From: Lingula anatina
Taxonomy: Eukaryota > Animalia > Brachiopoda
Length of the DNA stretch: 64,000 nucleotides
Direction: 5' to 3'
NCBI GenBank assembly: GCA_051362555.1
Contig: CM120641.1
Coordinates: 15,190,001-15,254,000 of the forward strand
Under the pieces are notes generated by a model that was not told where the DNA came from, searched no databases, and saw only the letters and a list, made by a program, of their open reading frames with translations. This document shows, piece by piece, positions 12,486 to 38,600 of the stretch (its first letter is position 1; every line of letters begins with the position of its first letter). The translations under genes and the position numbers were made by a program.

Positions 12486-13888
12486 CATTGGAAACGAGGA
12501 GGCATGTATATCTGTTAAACAACCTTTTTTTCTTATTTATGTTTATTATTAATTATGTAATAAACAAAACATTACTGTTTTATATAACATTTAGCATTTA
12601 TGAACTTCCTTTACAGATTATACACTTGAATAAGTTGGCACATGGGGGTTATATAATTTGCATCTAAGTAATACCCATTTATGCCCTTTAACTTTTCAAT
12701 ATGTTGTCTTTTACATCTGTTGTTTGTTAAATATTTGCACTGGAGTTACTTTAGTGGCAAACACGATTTGGTAGTTAATGTGTGAGAAAAATTCTGTACA
12801 AAAGAGCCCACTTGTGTCAGACCTTGTTGCCTGAAACACATGTCAAGTAATATTTATGGAAACATACGTGCAAATTAAAAATGCTTATTTTCACAAATTC
12901 TTCAGATTTTGAATGTCACTTTGCCTTTTCTGCAGGAAATATTGCATGTCTTACTATAACAAGGGTCTACTTTTAGTTGTTTAAATTGAATTTTCAATTT
13001 TTGCACCTTAAAATAGATACAATAGACAGTTGAAGCAATCATCCATATAAAGTATTTATTCAACACATTTGAGAAATGCTTTGCTGTAGATCTACATCCA
13101 ATCGATTTCTGTTGTGAGTTCACTTTCTCAAAAAAAAACCTTTCCATTTTGCTCTTTATAACTAATCACTGCTTCTTAGCAAGTCAATCCTGCTGCCATC
13201 TTTCCAAAGGGAACAAAGAACGTGCAGAATGACTTAATACCATATGTTTAAATAGTTCTCTTCCAATAAAACCAATACAATATTCTCACAGTCACAAAGT
13301 CAAATATGCTAGAAAATACACAGATGACACTATCCAGCATACAACACAAGCCAATTTTTTAATATTCAATAGTTGACATATACTGGATACATGTCCTCAC
13401 ATAAGATGGCATCCATCCTCTAAGTCAAACATGTGCAATGCTGTAGGTACATTTTTTTTTCTATAAAATTGCCTTATTTTCCATATCTTGCTTTTTTTTA
13501 GTCATACATATATGGCTCTGACTTCTGACCACTGTTGAAAATATATTCTTACCAATATAAAACTCAGCAACTCAGCGTCTGGCCTTGCATTACATTCCAA
13601 GAAAAATGCTCAAATATGGTATGGGAAAGTACAGATGCAAACAATGAAAAATTGTGGTTCTTAGAAGCTGACATTTGAAAGTGTACTTTTTGAAGTGTCA
13701 TTATCTTTGGCAAGTAGTGGAATGTGATGATATATTCAAAACAGAAAGCAACAGTTGTTACATTTCTACATCACATGTGCCATCTATCCAAACTGACATT
13801 GTTCTCTTATAAATAGCATTGGATGTCAATGTACGAATGCTAATTGTCCTGTTAAAGTTTGCCATCAGTGATTTAAGGTGAAAGATCA

Positions 13889-21042
<7,154 letters not shown>

Positions 21043-21193
21043 AACGATTTTGTTTACTTATATTGTCCCAAAGCAGTGAGTTTGCATGAATGTGCTATAA
21101 ATGCTTCCGGCTGCGCATGCCATATATCCACATCCGGTTGAGGTTTTTATCAAGACAAGCTGTTTGACATCCGCCGCTACGTGCACCTGCAAA
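21043..21193. promoter_or_regulatory. Bidirectional promoter shared by PSMA3 and the AEP transaminase
   Basis: Divergent ATGs at 21042 (minus) and 21194 (plus). ETS cores CTTCCGG 21104-21110 and ACATCCGG 21130-21137. NRF1-like TGCGCATGC 21112-21120. ARE-like GTGAGTTTGCA 21076-21086. Confidence 0.75.
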
Positions 21194-27430
<6,237 letters not shown>

Positions 27431-28458
27431 ACAAAAGAAAAAAAGAGTTCAAAATAACCAAAGAAAAAAAAACTTAATCTAGTCAAAGGCTCTCTCTTAA
27501 GAATTAATCAAAAATAAAAAGTTAAACTTTATCAACGACTTGCATATTATTGCAATATTAATATTATGCAATAAACTCTGCAGTATCACATAAGAATTAT
27601 TTCAAAAACAAGGCTGAAATTTAGGGTGGATTTTTTTGTGGATAATTGCTTTTACTGGGTTACTCCCTGGTATTATACATTAGTGTTCATTTAATATTCA
27701 GAATTACAAGAAGGATAAAAAATTCATTCAGTTTCACCCCCACGAACTGCATTTATGTATTATTATTTAACTATGCCCCCAGTGCCATGCTTGCCACTGT
27801 AGATAGGTTGGTCAATGAGGGTTTTCAGTCTGGGAAATTTTTGGTAAGAACGATGCATGTTTAGGAAATTTAGATAATTGGGGTGCAAACTGCTTTATAT
27901 TCAGGAAATGGTGCAAAGTCCTCGTAATCATATTTCAAGTGAAAGGGATATGGACCATGTCTTAGTCTAGTAGAGTTTCCACATGTATTGCCATACAGTG
28001 ATACAAATGTATTTATTTAAGGAAATGAATTTATATTAATTTTTTGAAGCTGCTTCAAAATCCAATCTTTTTTAGTGAACAGAATCTGTTTTTATTTTTG
28101 CATTGTTCTTTTATTCCCAATGTCAAAATATAACATTTTTATTATGAAGCAAACATTAATTCAAAAATATATTTTATGAATTTGTATTTCATAGTTGGAA
28201 TGTTGATTCCAGGTAAAATTTAGAATAGAATTGAACTTAATATTTTAGTAATTATTTTAAGATCATAAAGTAATCATAAATATTTAAGTAATCATTTTAA
28301 GAGTCCAATCTTATGTTAGCGACTGCTGTTTTTGAAATACAAAATACATTGAATTCACTTGTTGATATCCTATTATCTAACAGGTACCAGCGCTTCCTCA
28401 GTCCATCCACATTTTTGCTGATGTTATCTCTACATAAAAGAATATAATAAAACAATTA

Positions 28459-28700
28459 GGCCAGACAATGTTGATAAGTTGGTTATTGAGCAGCACCTCA
28501 ATGTCATTTAATTCATTTTATTTTATTTTATTTCATTTAGAGGTAATCCACAGTATGGGCGATTTGAGAGAAAAAAAAAGCAATAAGGTTTTTCTTGGGA
28601 TCAGTTGTTAATTTCTCCCATTTGCCAAACCAATGTCTAATGCATGCTCGGGTCTGAATAAAGTCTCACTTGATAACCAACTTATCAATTTTGTATGGCC
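28459..28700. mobile_element. MITE with about 30-bp imperfect TIR and TA flanks
   Basis: GGCCAGACAATGTTGATAAGTTGGTTAT versus ATAACCAACTTATCAATTTTGTATGGCC. TA on both sides. Lies between the convergent 3' ends of the transaminase and RTK genes. Confidence 0.7.
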
Positions 28701-29647
28701 TAAGCAACAAATTATGACTATATACGTACAGTATTACTGTATAATTAATTATATTATATTATCTCTCCTTATCGCCTATTTCTTTGCTGCATTTTACAGT
28801 TAAACAGATTTTTAAAAAGTTTTTGCAGAGCTACAATATTTTACAGTTATTATCAGTATTTTTTTTTTACAACATTCAGTTTTATCTGGACACTTGGTGA
28901 TGATATGTATCTGCCATGGAATGAAAAAAGGGATCTTTATCAAAGAAACTGTTGTTCACTGGTAAAACACTTAATTTTATTTAATATAATTATATTTTAA
29001 ATACATTTCTTAAATTACATACATGGGAAACTGAGGTCATGCTGGCAAAAATCATCATTCTCTGATTCTCCAAATAATTTGCTCTGGTTAAATAATTTTC
29101 AAAATATTCTGAGTGAAAATTGCCACTTATCACTGTTTGACTCAAATTTTTTATCTGGCTTTGGGTAAAATTCTTCACCTATGTTATAGAGACAAATTGC
29201 TTGCCAGAATGAGCCCATTGTTAATAAATTACATAAATAGTAGCTATATTTTAAGATCTACAACTTATATATCTAGTTTTAATAAAATAACTGAATTATA
29301 AATAATGATTGTGTTCATAGTTTGTCCATTTTTAAGCAGTGCACATAAATATAGCAAATATTAGCAAAAGAAATAAATTTAAAGAAATCTCCCTTAAATC
29401 TAATTGCGGGATATATTTCAATCTGAAATGTAATATTTGAAAAAAATTACATTGTTTACTAGATTGGCATTTAATAGTGTAAAGTGCCATAAAATTGAGA
29501 CACTTGGCAATATTATGTGATATTATGTCACTAACTTTTAATCATTGACAAAGTTAAAACATCTTTGTATTATTACAAAACAAGTCAAACAAATATCAAG
29601 AAGTTTTAAACATTTGATTAGAACAAAAAAAGAAACCGGATGTTTCT

Positions 29648-32600
29648 CTAAAGATGTGTAGACTTTAAGGCATGTAGGTGCTGTTCCTGGTAGGAAAAAT
29701 CCTCTTCATTCAGGTTATTTAACTGAGTTTCACTGCAACTTTCACATCCGCTTTCATCCTTGTCATCATCATCAATGAGGTTCTCCTTGGATCGGCTGTG
29801 TTTAATCGACATCTTCCTACGGATACTGCCTTTGATGGACAGCCTTGGGGAGCCGAAGTTAGAACCACATGACTTCTGGCTCTTCAGGCTGCCTTTCTTC
29901 AATAGGTTTGGTGAATCTAGGATGTTGGATAACTGGGAGAGGGTCTGTTTTAAGCTGCGCTTTCTCGTGAATGGCTGGTCTCGAATTTCCTCTTCCTCAT
30001 CCTGGCCCTCTCTTTCCCTGGGCAGCAATGTTTCAGTCTTGTCAGCAAATATGTCTACCTTACATTCTTGCACTGAGTCATCTCTCTCGTCCTCTAGGGC
30101 AGACTCCAAGATGTTGTCAAGGTCCAGGTAATCACTGTCCTGGCTCATCATGTCTTCCAGTGCAAGTCGAAGGCTAGTAAAACTGGGTCTCCTCTTGGGG
30201 ACTTTGTGCCAGCACTGCAGCATTAGAATATACCTGAAAATGAAATGAAAATACATCAAATGAAAATACATTAATATATAAAATAGTTCATGGTGTGAAA
30301 AAAAGCTCATGGTGATTTTAAACTAGAGCAGATTATATAGAGTTAATTTGCTTTATTGAACAAGTTATGGAAATTTAGTCAAGGCCATCATATCACACAA
30401 GACACCAGTAGAAAGTCCAAATCCTACTGTGTAGAACAAATAACACTGTATTTAATTTTTTTTACTATTCTCATGTTTCAATAAATCAAAATATCAAAAT
30501 ACCGAACAAGTGCATTTAATGATTAAATAGAACCAATATGAGCACATTTCCTGTAAACTACTATTATACTAAAAGTGGAACTTACAGTTCAGTAGAACAG
30601 TTCTTGGGGATGCTCATTCTTGTTCCCTGGTCCAGTTCAGAGAATAGGTCAGGCAGGGCAATGTTTGGGTATGGAGAAGCACCTGGAATTGAAATGTATT
30701 CCAGTAAGTATTAAGAAGGAAATATTTCATCAAATTTTGTACCTTAGCTGAAATTAAAAACACATGGTAAAGAACATAAGACTATTTGAGACATTGATAT
30801 ATAATATTGTAAGTGGTTGAACTGTTAATAATCAAGCTATCATTATCATCTACATCAATGAATTTCTCTGCTCTAACTGTTCTTGATTGTTAATACAGCC
30901 AAATTTGAAATTGTTGAAGATAACATGTTTACCATATATTGTAAATAACCATGATAATTGTCTAACAATCTAGGGTTGGTCTTTCTTATGATTAAGGTTC
31001 AGAACTTAAAATATTACATACCCAGTGTGGCTATCTCCCATAGCAGGATCCCAAATGTCCACACATCACTCTGCACTGTATAAACACAGTCCTTCAAACT
31101 CTCTGGGGCCATCCACTTCAACGGCAGCTTACCACTGGTGTCCTTGTGATACTCGAGTTCTTTGTAGATGTCCCTGGACAAACCAAAGTCACACAGCTTG
31201 ACCAGCTTGTCCTTCCCCACTAACACATTACGGGCAGCTATGTCACGGTGGACAATCCCTTTACTAGACAGGTATTCCTGAAATTGGATGGTAAAATTAA
31301 AGAACGGTATTGAATTTAATATAGCAAAGGTGTGTGTTTTTATCTGTTATGTTCCTTTATTATAATAATAATTATTATTATTATTATAATTATTATTTCA
31401 TAAGAAGTATGAAATTTTTCTCAGTACAATATATTGAAACCTAAACCAATGGAAGGTTTGTGAACTAAAGGGAAAGGATGTATAATGACGCATACCATGG
31501 CCAGAGTAATTTGGCGTGCAAATGATAGCAACTCTTTAGATGTGATGGTTTCTTGTTCAATGCTGCCATCTTCATTTATCATTGGGTATTCAATGGCTTT
31601 CTGTTTTGCGCCTTCTGTCTTAAGCTGACCTTCAAAACGACAACGTCTGGAATGGAGGAAAAAATGTTAATGTCATGAAATACATTTAGGTATAAAAAGT
31701 GAACAGGCAGCAACTATGTGAACTTAGTGGGGGGTGTCTCGATAATCCGAAGGTTCATTGATCCAAAAAATTGCAACATTTTCATCAGTTTTTTAATCAA
31801 GGGTTTGTTGGTCCGAAGGTTCTATAATGAACATTAGGATCAATGAACCTTCGAACTGTTGAACCTTTGGACTATTGCTACAGGCCCAACTGAGTAGGGA
31901 TGATTTCTTACAATAAAAAATACTTTTTATTCACCATAAAATTGTGCAAACATTTTTATCAGAAGTCAAAGGATGATATAAGCAAAAAATGTAAATTATG
32001 CTTTTTTGTTTCATATAGCATCTACTGGCTCATCTTATTTTATAGATATCAGAAAAACTTCCAACATGTGTTTGATCTAATACCTAAGAAAGTGGAGAAG
32101 GTTTCCGTGGGGCATGTATTCCATTACTAGAGCCAGGGGTTCTCTCACTGTACAGGAGCCAATCAAAGAAACAATGTTAGGATGGGCACCTATCTTCTTC
32201 ATCAAGCAGATTTCTGCCAGAAGGTCTTCCTTGTAAGAAGGTGGAGCATTTTCTACGAAAAAAAATGTATTTGAGATTAGATTATTCATTACAAAAACAT
32301 CAGTTGATATATAAGAAAAACTCTAATTAAACTCAGGTCCCTCCCTGCAGGTCATCTCTTTATATGTAATTATGTCCCTGCATCGTTACTCTCCCCCACA
32401 TCATTATACTTCATGCATTATTACTCCTGGTAAAATAATAATATTACCCGTATTGTAAAGCCCCTGAATTAACACAGCCCCTGAGATACTACTTCCTTGA
32501 ATCACTACTCTTTGCATAAATATTTTTACTCCCCCCACACTGTTACTCCCTACAATAATTGTGCAAAGTGAGGAGTAACAATGCTGGGGAATAATGGTGT

Positions 32601-35600
32601 AGGGGAGTAAATTTAAGGGATATACCCTCATTTTGAATATCTAAAATGATATAACAGAGATACTCACTCTTGGTCATTTTGATGGCCACTCTCTTGCCAT
32701 TATAAGACCCCGTAAGAACCCTGCCAAATGCCCCTTGCCCAAGCTGGTGACCAAAAGTGAGAAATGCAGGGGCGATCTCCCACTTGTCCTGTACTGAGAT
32801 CAACTGGTCACTAGGGTAAAAGCCAGGACCTGGAAAAAGAGAGATCAATTGCAGACAGAAATTGGATGGTGGTGTTTTTCTTACTAAAAAAGTGGTTTCT
32901 TTTTCACTGTAAAGCTGATGTTTCTCATAGAACCTAGGTCAAATTTTGATTCAGATTTCTTGATCAAAAGGACAGTTTTTTTGAACATCACAACCCCAAC
33001 CCCATCTCAAGTCTAATTAAGTTGCTTGATTTAACTTTATGCTTTATTTTAAGTGATTTACACATTGTAAAGTTGAGACAGAAAATTAGCTTCTTGAGGA
33101 AATAAATCTGTAAAAAGTAACAGTACCCAAATATTGACAACTGTAACTTACTGTTGGAGCAAGACTTGTAACTGTTATTTCTGGCCATGGCCCTTGCTTT
33201 AGTCTCAATGGTTTTGTTACGTTTCCAACGACAAATAAAACAGTTGACGAGGTTGAAAATGACCACTGCAGCACTGGCAGTGACTGAGACAATGATGAGC
33301 AAGTGACTAACGTTGGTGTCCTCTACTTTAATCCCATCTGCTGGAATTAGAAAATAGCACCATTAGGTACATCAAGCACATATACATGAAAAGCTTTGAG
33401 GGTGAATAACGGAGTATTTCCCAATGACAAGTATTTTGATAAATTTTTTAGTTTTAAGTTGGTATTTGTTCCTTGCTGCGATAGATAGATTTGCAAAAAA
33501 CTGTAATAACTTACTTGTACCATTCTTGGATGCTTCAACTTGAGGAACCTTGGCTAATAAATTGAAATACAAGTAATCACTGTATTGGGACTCTTTTGGA
33601 TCACTGTAAACTGCCATAACCTAAAATATTAAAAAATAATTAAGAATAGAATTCTTCAACAATATCTGAATTTAGGGTGTTAATGTAAACACCAGACTCC
33701 TTTCTAAAACAATGTATTAGAATTTTAAATGAAAGAGAACAAACATCTTGTCTTTCTAAATCATGAAATAACACCCCAGCAGAGAAAATATGTTAATATA
33801 AGGAAAATCAAAGAAAGCTTAGAAGCATAAATACCAAAACTTCATAATGTTGTCCTCCAGGCAACATCAGCACCACATGGTTCTCTGTAGTAGATGTTTG
33901 ACCTGCACTGTACATGCTGTCGCCTTCTCTGAAGTCTGTCATCCAGGACACATTGTATCTAATGGGAACACCTTGGGCAGGGGGAGGCCACGAGATGACT
34001 ACTGCCCACTTGTTCTCACTGTGGCTATAGGTTAGGTTATGGCAAATGGGGGCCCAGGTAGTAGCAGTTACTGTAACTGATATGGAACAATATGTTATAC
34101 ACAGTCTTGGTGTACTGTCTGGGGGGGGGGGGGGTGGGTGGGGGGTGGATTAATTAATTAATTAATTGTGCATAATGTTTGAATTAAATGAAATATTGTA
34201 GTTTTAAAAAACACCAATAGTGTTTTTAAAGATTATTAGTTTTGTTTTTAAATGGAGTAATAAAACCTACTGTTATCGTCCTCTTCAATAACTTCATCTG
34301 GGAGACACACAGTGAAGGTAGGGTCTGGATTCTCACACCCAGGGGTGTAGAAGACAATCTTGGGGGACACCATACCAGTTGTGCTGCATTCAACTTGCAC
34401 AAAGTACTTTGAATTAAAAGTCAAATCTGCATTCAGCTTGACTTCAACATCCTAGTTAAAAGTAGAAACAAAAATTAGTTTTGTGAAAAATTAACATCTC
34501 AGATCATAAGATTGCATAATGTATTACTAATTAACTCCCTCTTACTTTATCAAAATATGTAAACATGCAGTTCATATTACTGATTGCTTTACCGAAAAAA
34601 TAATAAAGAAGTAGACTTTCACATTAAAACACTTACACATTAATTTTTAATAGTTAATGACAGGTTACAAGGATTGAATTATATGTTACCCCTGCCAAGC
34701 TGTCTGTTTTATATGTGGCAAAGTAGTCAGGCAGGACAGTGCAGAAGGGTAGAGATTTATCCACATTGCAGTCCTCCATTCCCCAGAAGACACTGTAATC
34801 AGTGCGTTCTGCAGACATTTGCTGCCAGTGGACATAAGCAAATGTAGAACTGTTGTCTCTCTCTACAATCACTGAGATATTAAGTGGGTTGTCAGGCTGA
34901 CGTGAGGGAGCTGAAAAATAGATTTTATCTCTATTCAATAATTTAAAAAACACAATTTGTGAATTTGCAATGGTTACCTCCATTCCTTTTCACCAAAACA
35001 TGCCTTTAAAAAGAAATATTATAAGAAATATAATAACTAAGAAATATAATAATATAATAATTGCTCAAGATATGCACCTAAAAGTTCTAATGTTTATACA
35101 GATTCTGAAATCCTTTCAGCCATACTGGTACGTTTGTAAATAGAATTAAAACATACAGTTTACCTATGTTGAATCATATTTACAGTTCAAAAACATTATT
35201 TTTCAAAACGTAAGGCCTGCAATAGGGACTTTCTCACCATTATTCCATATCTTATTTGGAAATGAACTTGCATTTTATCCTAAGAAGTAAATTTGTCAGC
35301 AAAACCAGGGCATTTATCTCATGAAGTGAGATATACCATGAAGTATCTTAACACACAACATTTCATGGAAAATAGTTTGACCTACTGTCTTCAAACTTAT
35401 ACAGGTGCAGATCCAAGATTATTTTAAGGGGGGTCTGCAGATGTGTAACCACCCCTCCCCCCATTGGCATGGGGTTTGGGGCCTGCTGAAGGTCCCAGAA
35501 AAATTTTGGTATTTTAGAGGACGAACAGTGCCAACTGTTTAGAACTATGACTCAGCTAATCAAAATTCTCATTTGAAGAGGAGACCATTAGTGTGATTTT

Positions 35601-38600
35601 TTTTCAGAAATTGAAGGGGTGGGGGTGGGGGCAGGATGATGTTACATTTTTTGTTCATAGCCACCGAAAAACTGTTTAAATGTCTATCACCAAGCCAGGA
35701 TCATTGTGTAATGGTGTATCTTTTTTCAATATTGTAATGAGTTTTTAGATGGTTAAATAATTAATTGGAGCTCTAACCATAAAACACCAAACAATAATTA
35801 GAGAGGTGCATATCAAATTGTAAACATGCAAAAATTGCACATGACAACGTTTTTTATCCTCACAGGATTTTTTTCTCAGAAACGTTCTTTGTTGCCCTGT
35901 CCGTCAATGCAGCAAGTTATTAGAAAAAAAGACATCTAAATCATTAAACAACATCGGATCGTGGTTCTATGCAATTCAGTTGTTAGTTGCAATCTACTTC
36001 CTGGTTTTAACAAGGTTTTTTAATGACTTTAAAACATCGTTCTAATTGCAGCACTAACCATTAAACAGCAAACAATAATTAGATATGAGTATATGAGATT
36101 GCAAACACACAAAAAGTGTTCAGGGAGAAACTCACACAAAGACCCGACATTGTTTTGTCTTTGGCATTTCCTCCTCATTATTTACTGCAATTGTTTTGTC
36201 TTTGGCATTTCCTCCTCATTATTCACTGCAATTACTATCATCAATGGAACCAAGAAAGCAATTAAGTGATGGCACATTGTTATGAAAATAGTCAGCAGGC
36301 ACATTTTGCATTTTTTAGTGTGTTAAATGTTCATTTTTTACATCATGGCATTTTCAAGGTGTGACTTCTTGTCACATTTTCTGAATATCCATGATACTTA
36401 TGTAATATTAAAAAAATGTTGGTGATTATGCTTAAGCATTATGTAATATTGCATCAAAGTTGAAGAAAACCTATTTTGCCACTGCTGCCATAATGACCAT
36501 TTATGGAAAACCATGTTACTTATGATTCTAAAACTTACAGAAAAGACTCATAGGACTGAAATAGAGCTTGGGTTGGAAAACCAATTTCATTGCATTCGTT
36601 TTCTGGAAGTTAATTATGCAATTTCTTTAGCCAAATTTACATTTTTCTCTTATTGGTATTTTTAGTGTGGAAATTTGTGCATGAAACCATATAATAGTTA
36701 CATTTTATGAATTCCCATGTTATGTAAAGTACATAATTAAAAATTGGTAGTTATTTTGCTGTTAGTCATAATGTAAACCATTAAAAATTGACAAAAATCC
36801 TATTTCATGCACTGCCACCACAATTGCAATTAAAGGAAAAATGTGTTAATTATTATTTTGTGACTTACAAGAATGATTCTTGGGACTGTCATACAGAATT
36901 TTACAATTTTTTTCGTGAAATTTTCATTTTTCTCATTCTTGCATTTTCAAAGTGTGAATTTGAACTCTCACGGCCCTGAAGCCTTATGCTAGTTATACAT
37001 TCCTAATATTCATATAATGTTACCTTTTGTGCATGATTAAAAATTTGGTGCTGATTTTGCTGCTAAGTATAATGTATTATTGCATCAAAATTGGGAAAAA
37101 ATTATTCTGTGCATCATTATTTTCTGCTTTTTGTCTGTACATTTGACAACTTTGCTGCCTTGTTTTACTAATGCACTTAAGGTGGGAGGAGCAAAATAAT
37201 TTTTTCATTTTTTTAAGTATGAATTTGTACACAATGTTAGAAATTAGTTAAACATCATACTTTTAAAAAATGCATTTGTGTTCTAAACAATAATGAGTTT
37301 TGTTCTAAAATGGAGTAAAAAGACATACTGTTATGGTCTTTTTCAATAACTTCATCTGGGAGACACACAGTGAAGGTAGGGTCTGGATTCTCACACCCAG
37401 GGGTGCAGAAGAAAATCTTGGGGGACACCATACCAGTTGTGCTGCATTCAACTTGCACAAAGTACTTTGAATTGAATGTTAAATCTGCATTCAGCTTGAC
37501 TTCAACATCCTAGTTAAAAGTATAGACAAAATGTGAAAATTTAACATCTCAGACCATAAGATTGCATAATGTATTACTAATTTATCTCTCTCTTACATAA
37601 TCAAAATATGTAAATGTACAGTTCATATTACTGATTGCTTTACCAAAAAAAAAACAATTATAAGGTTTATTTAATAATAAAGCAGAAAACATTTACATTA
37701 AAACACTTACACATTAATTTTAAATAGTTAATGAGAAGTTTCAAGGATTGAATTATATGTTACCCCTTCCAAGCTGTCTGTTATATATGTGGCAAAGTAG
37801 TCAGGCGGGATAGTGCAGTAGGGTAGAGATCTATTCACGTTGCAGTCCTCCATTCCCCAGAAGACACTGTAATCAGTGCGTTCTGCAGACATCTGCTGCC
37901 AGTGGACATAAGCAAATGTAGAACTGTTGTCTCTCTCTACAATCACTGAGATATTAAGTGGGTTGTCAGGCTGATGTGAGGGAGCTGAAAAATAGATTTT
38001 TTTTATTCAACAAAACACAATATGTGAATTTGCAATGGTTACCTCCACCTCTTTTCACCAAAACTTGCATTTAAAAAGAGATATTATAAGAATTGAAAAA
38101 ATATGGATCTTAATGCATCAAAAACAGTCAATTTGATGTGTAATATGGTAAATGTTGTCTATGTGAAAGCAGCCATATTTAAAGCTCTCTCTGTTCAACC
38201 ATGCATACCACAGTCTTAGCAAAGATACCTAGGTGGTGTTCTGCTGAGGAGTTGACACTTTCTTGGCTTCAACATCAAATTTACAGTAATCATTCAAGGT
38301 AGAAGCCAATTCTGAGAAAAGAGAGATTGATTGGCAAACAGAAATGATATACACCAATTAATTATAATTCTTTCATTTCATGTCAGGTAACTTGCAATAC
38401 TCATGTTGGTTGACAGTAATTGGCATCATGCAGGGATTTGAATATGTCTGAGATGTAACATTGTGTTTAAATTACCAAAATTGCCCCTTTATTAAATTTA
38501 ACTTAACTTTGAAGGTAGAGCTTGAAGGATATAATTTACCATTTGCTTGCCATAACTCACTTTTTTTGTGAAAGTGTGTGAGATTGAAACAAACTGCTGT

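Noticed and set aside
13721-13800. C/D-box snoRNA-like pattern (AATGTGATGA...CTGACATT)
   Set aside because: Antisense to the PSMA3 3' UTR rather than intronic, no recognisable rRNA guide or C'/D' boxes; plausible by chance in AT-rich DNA.
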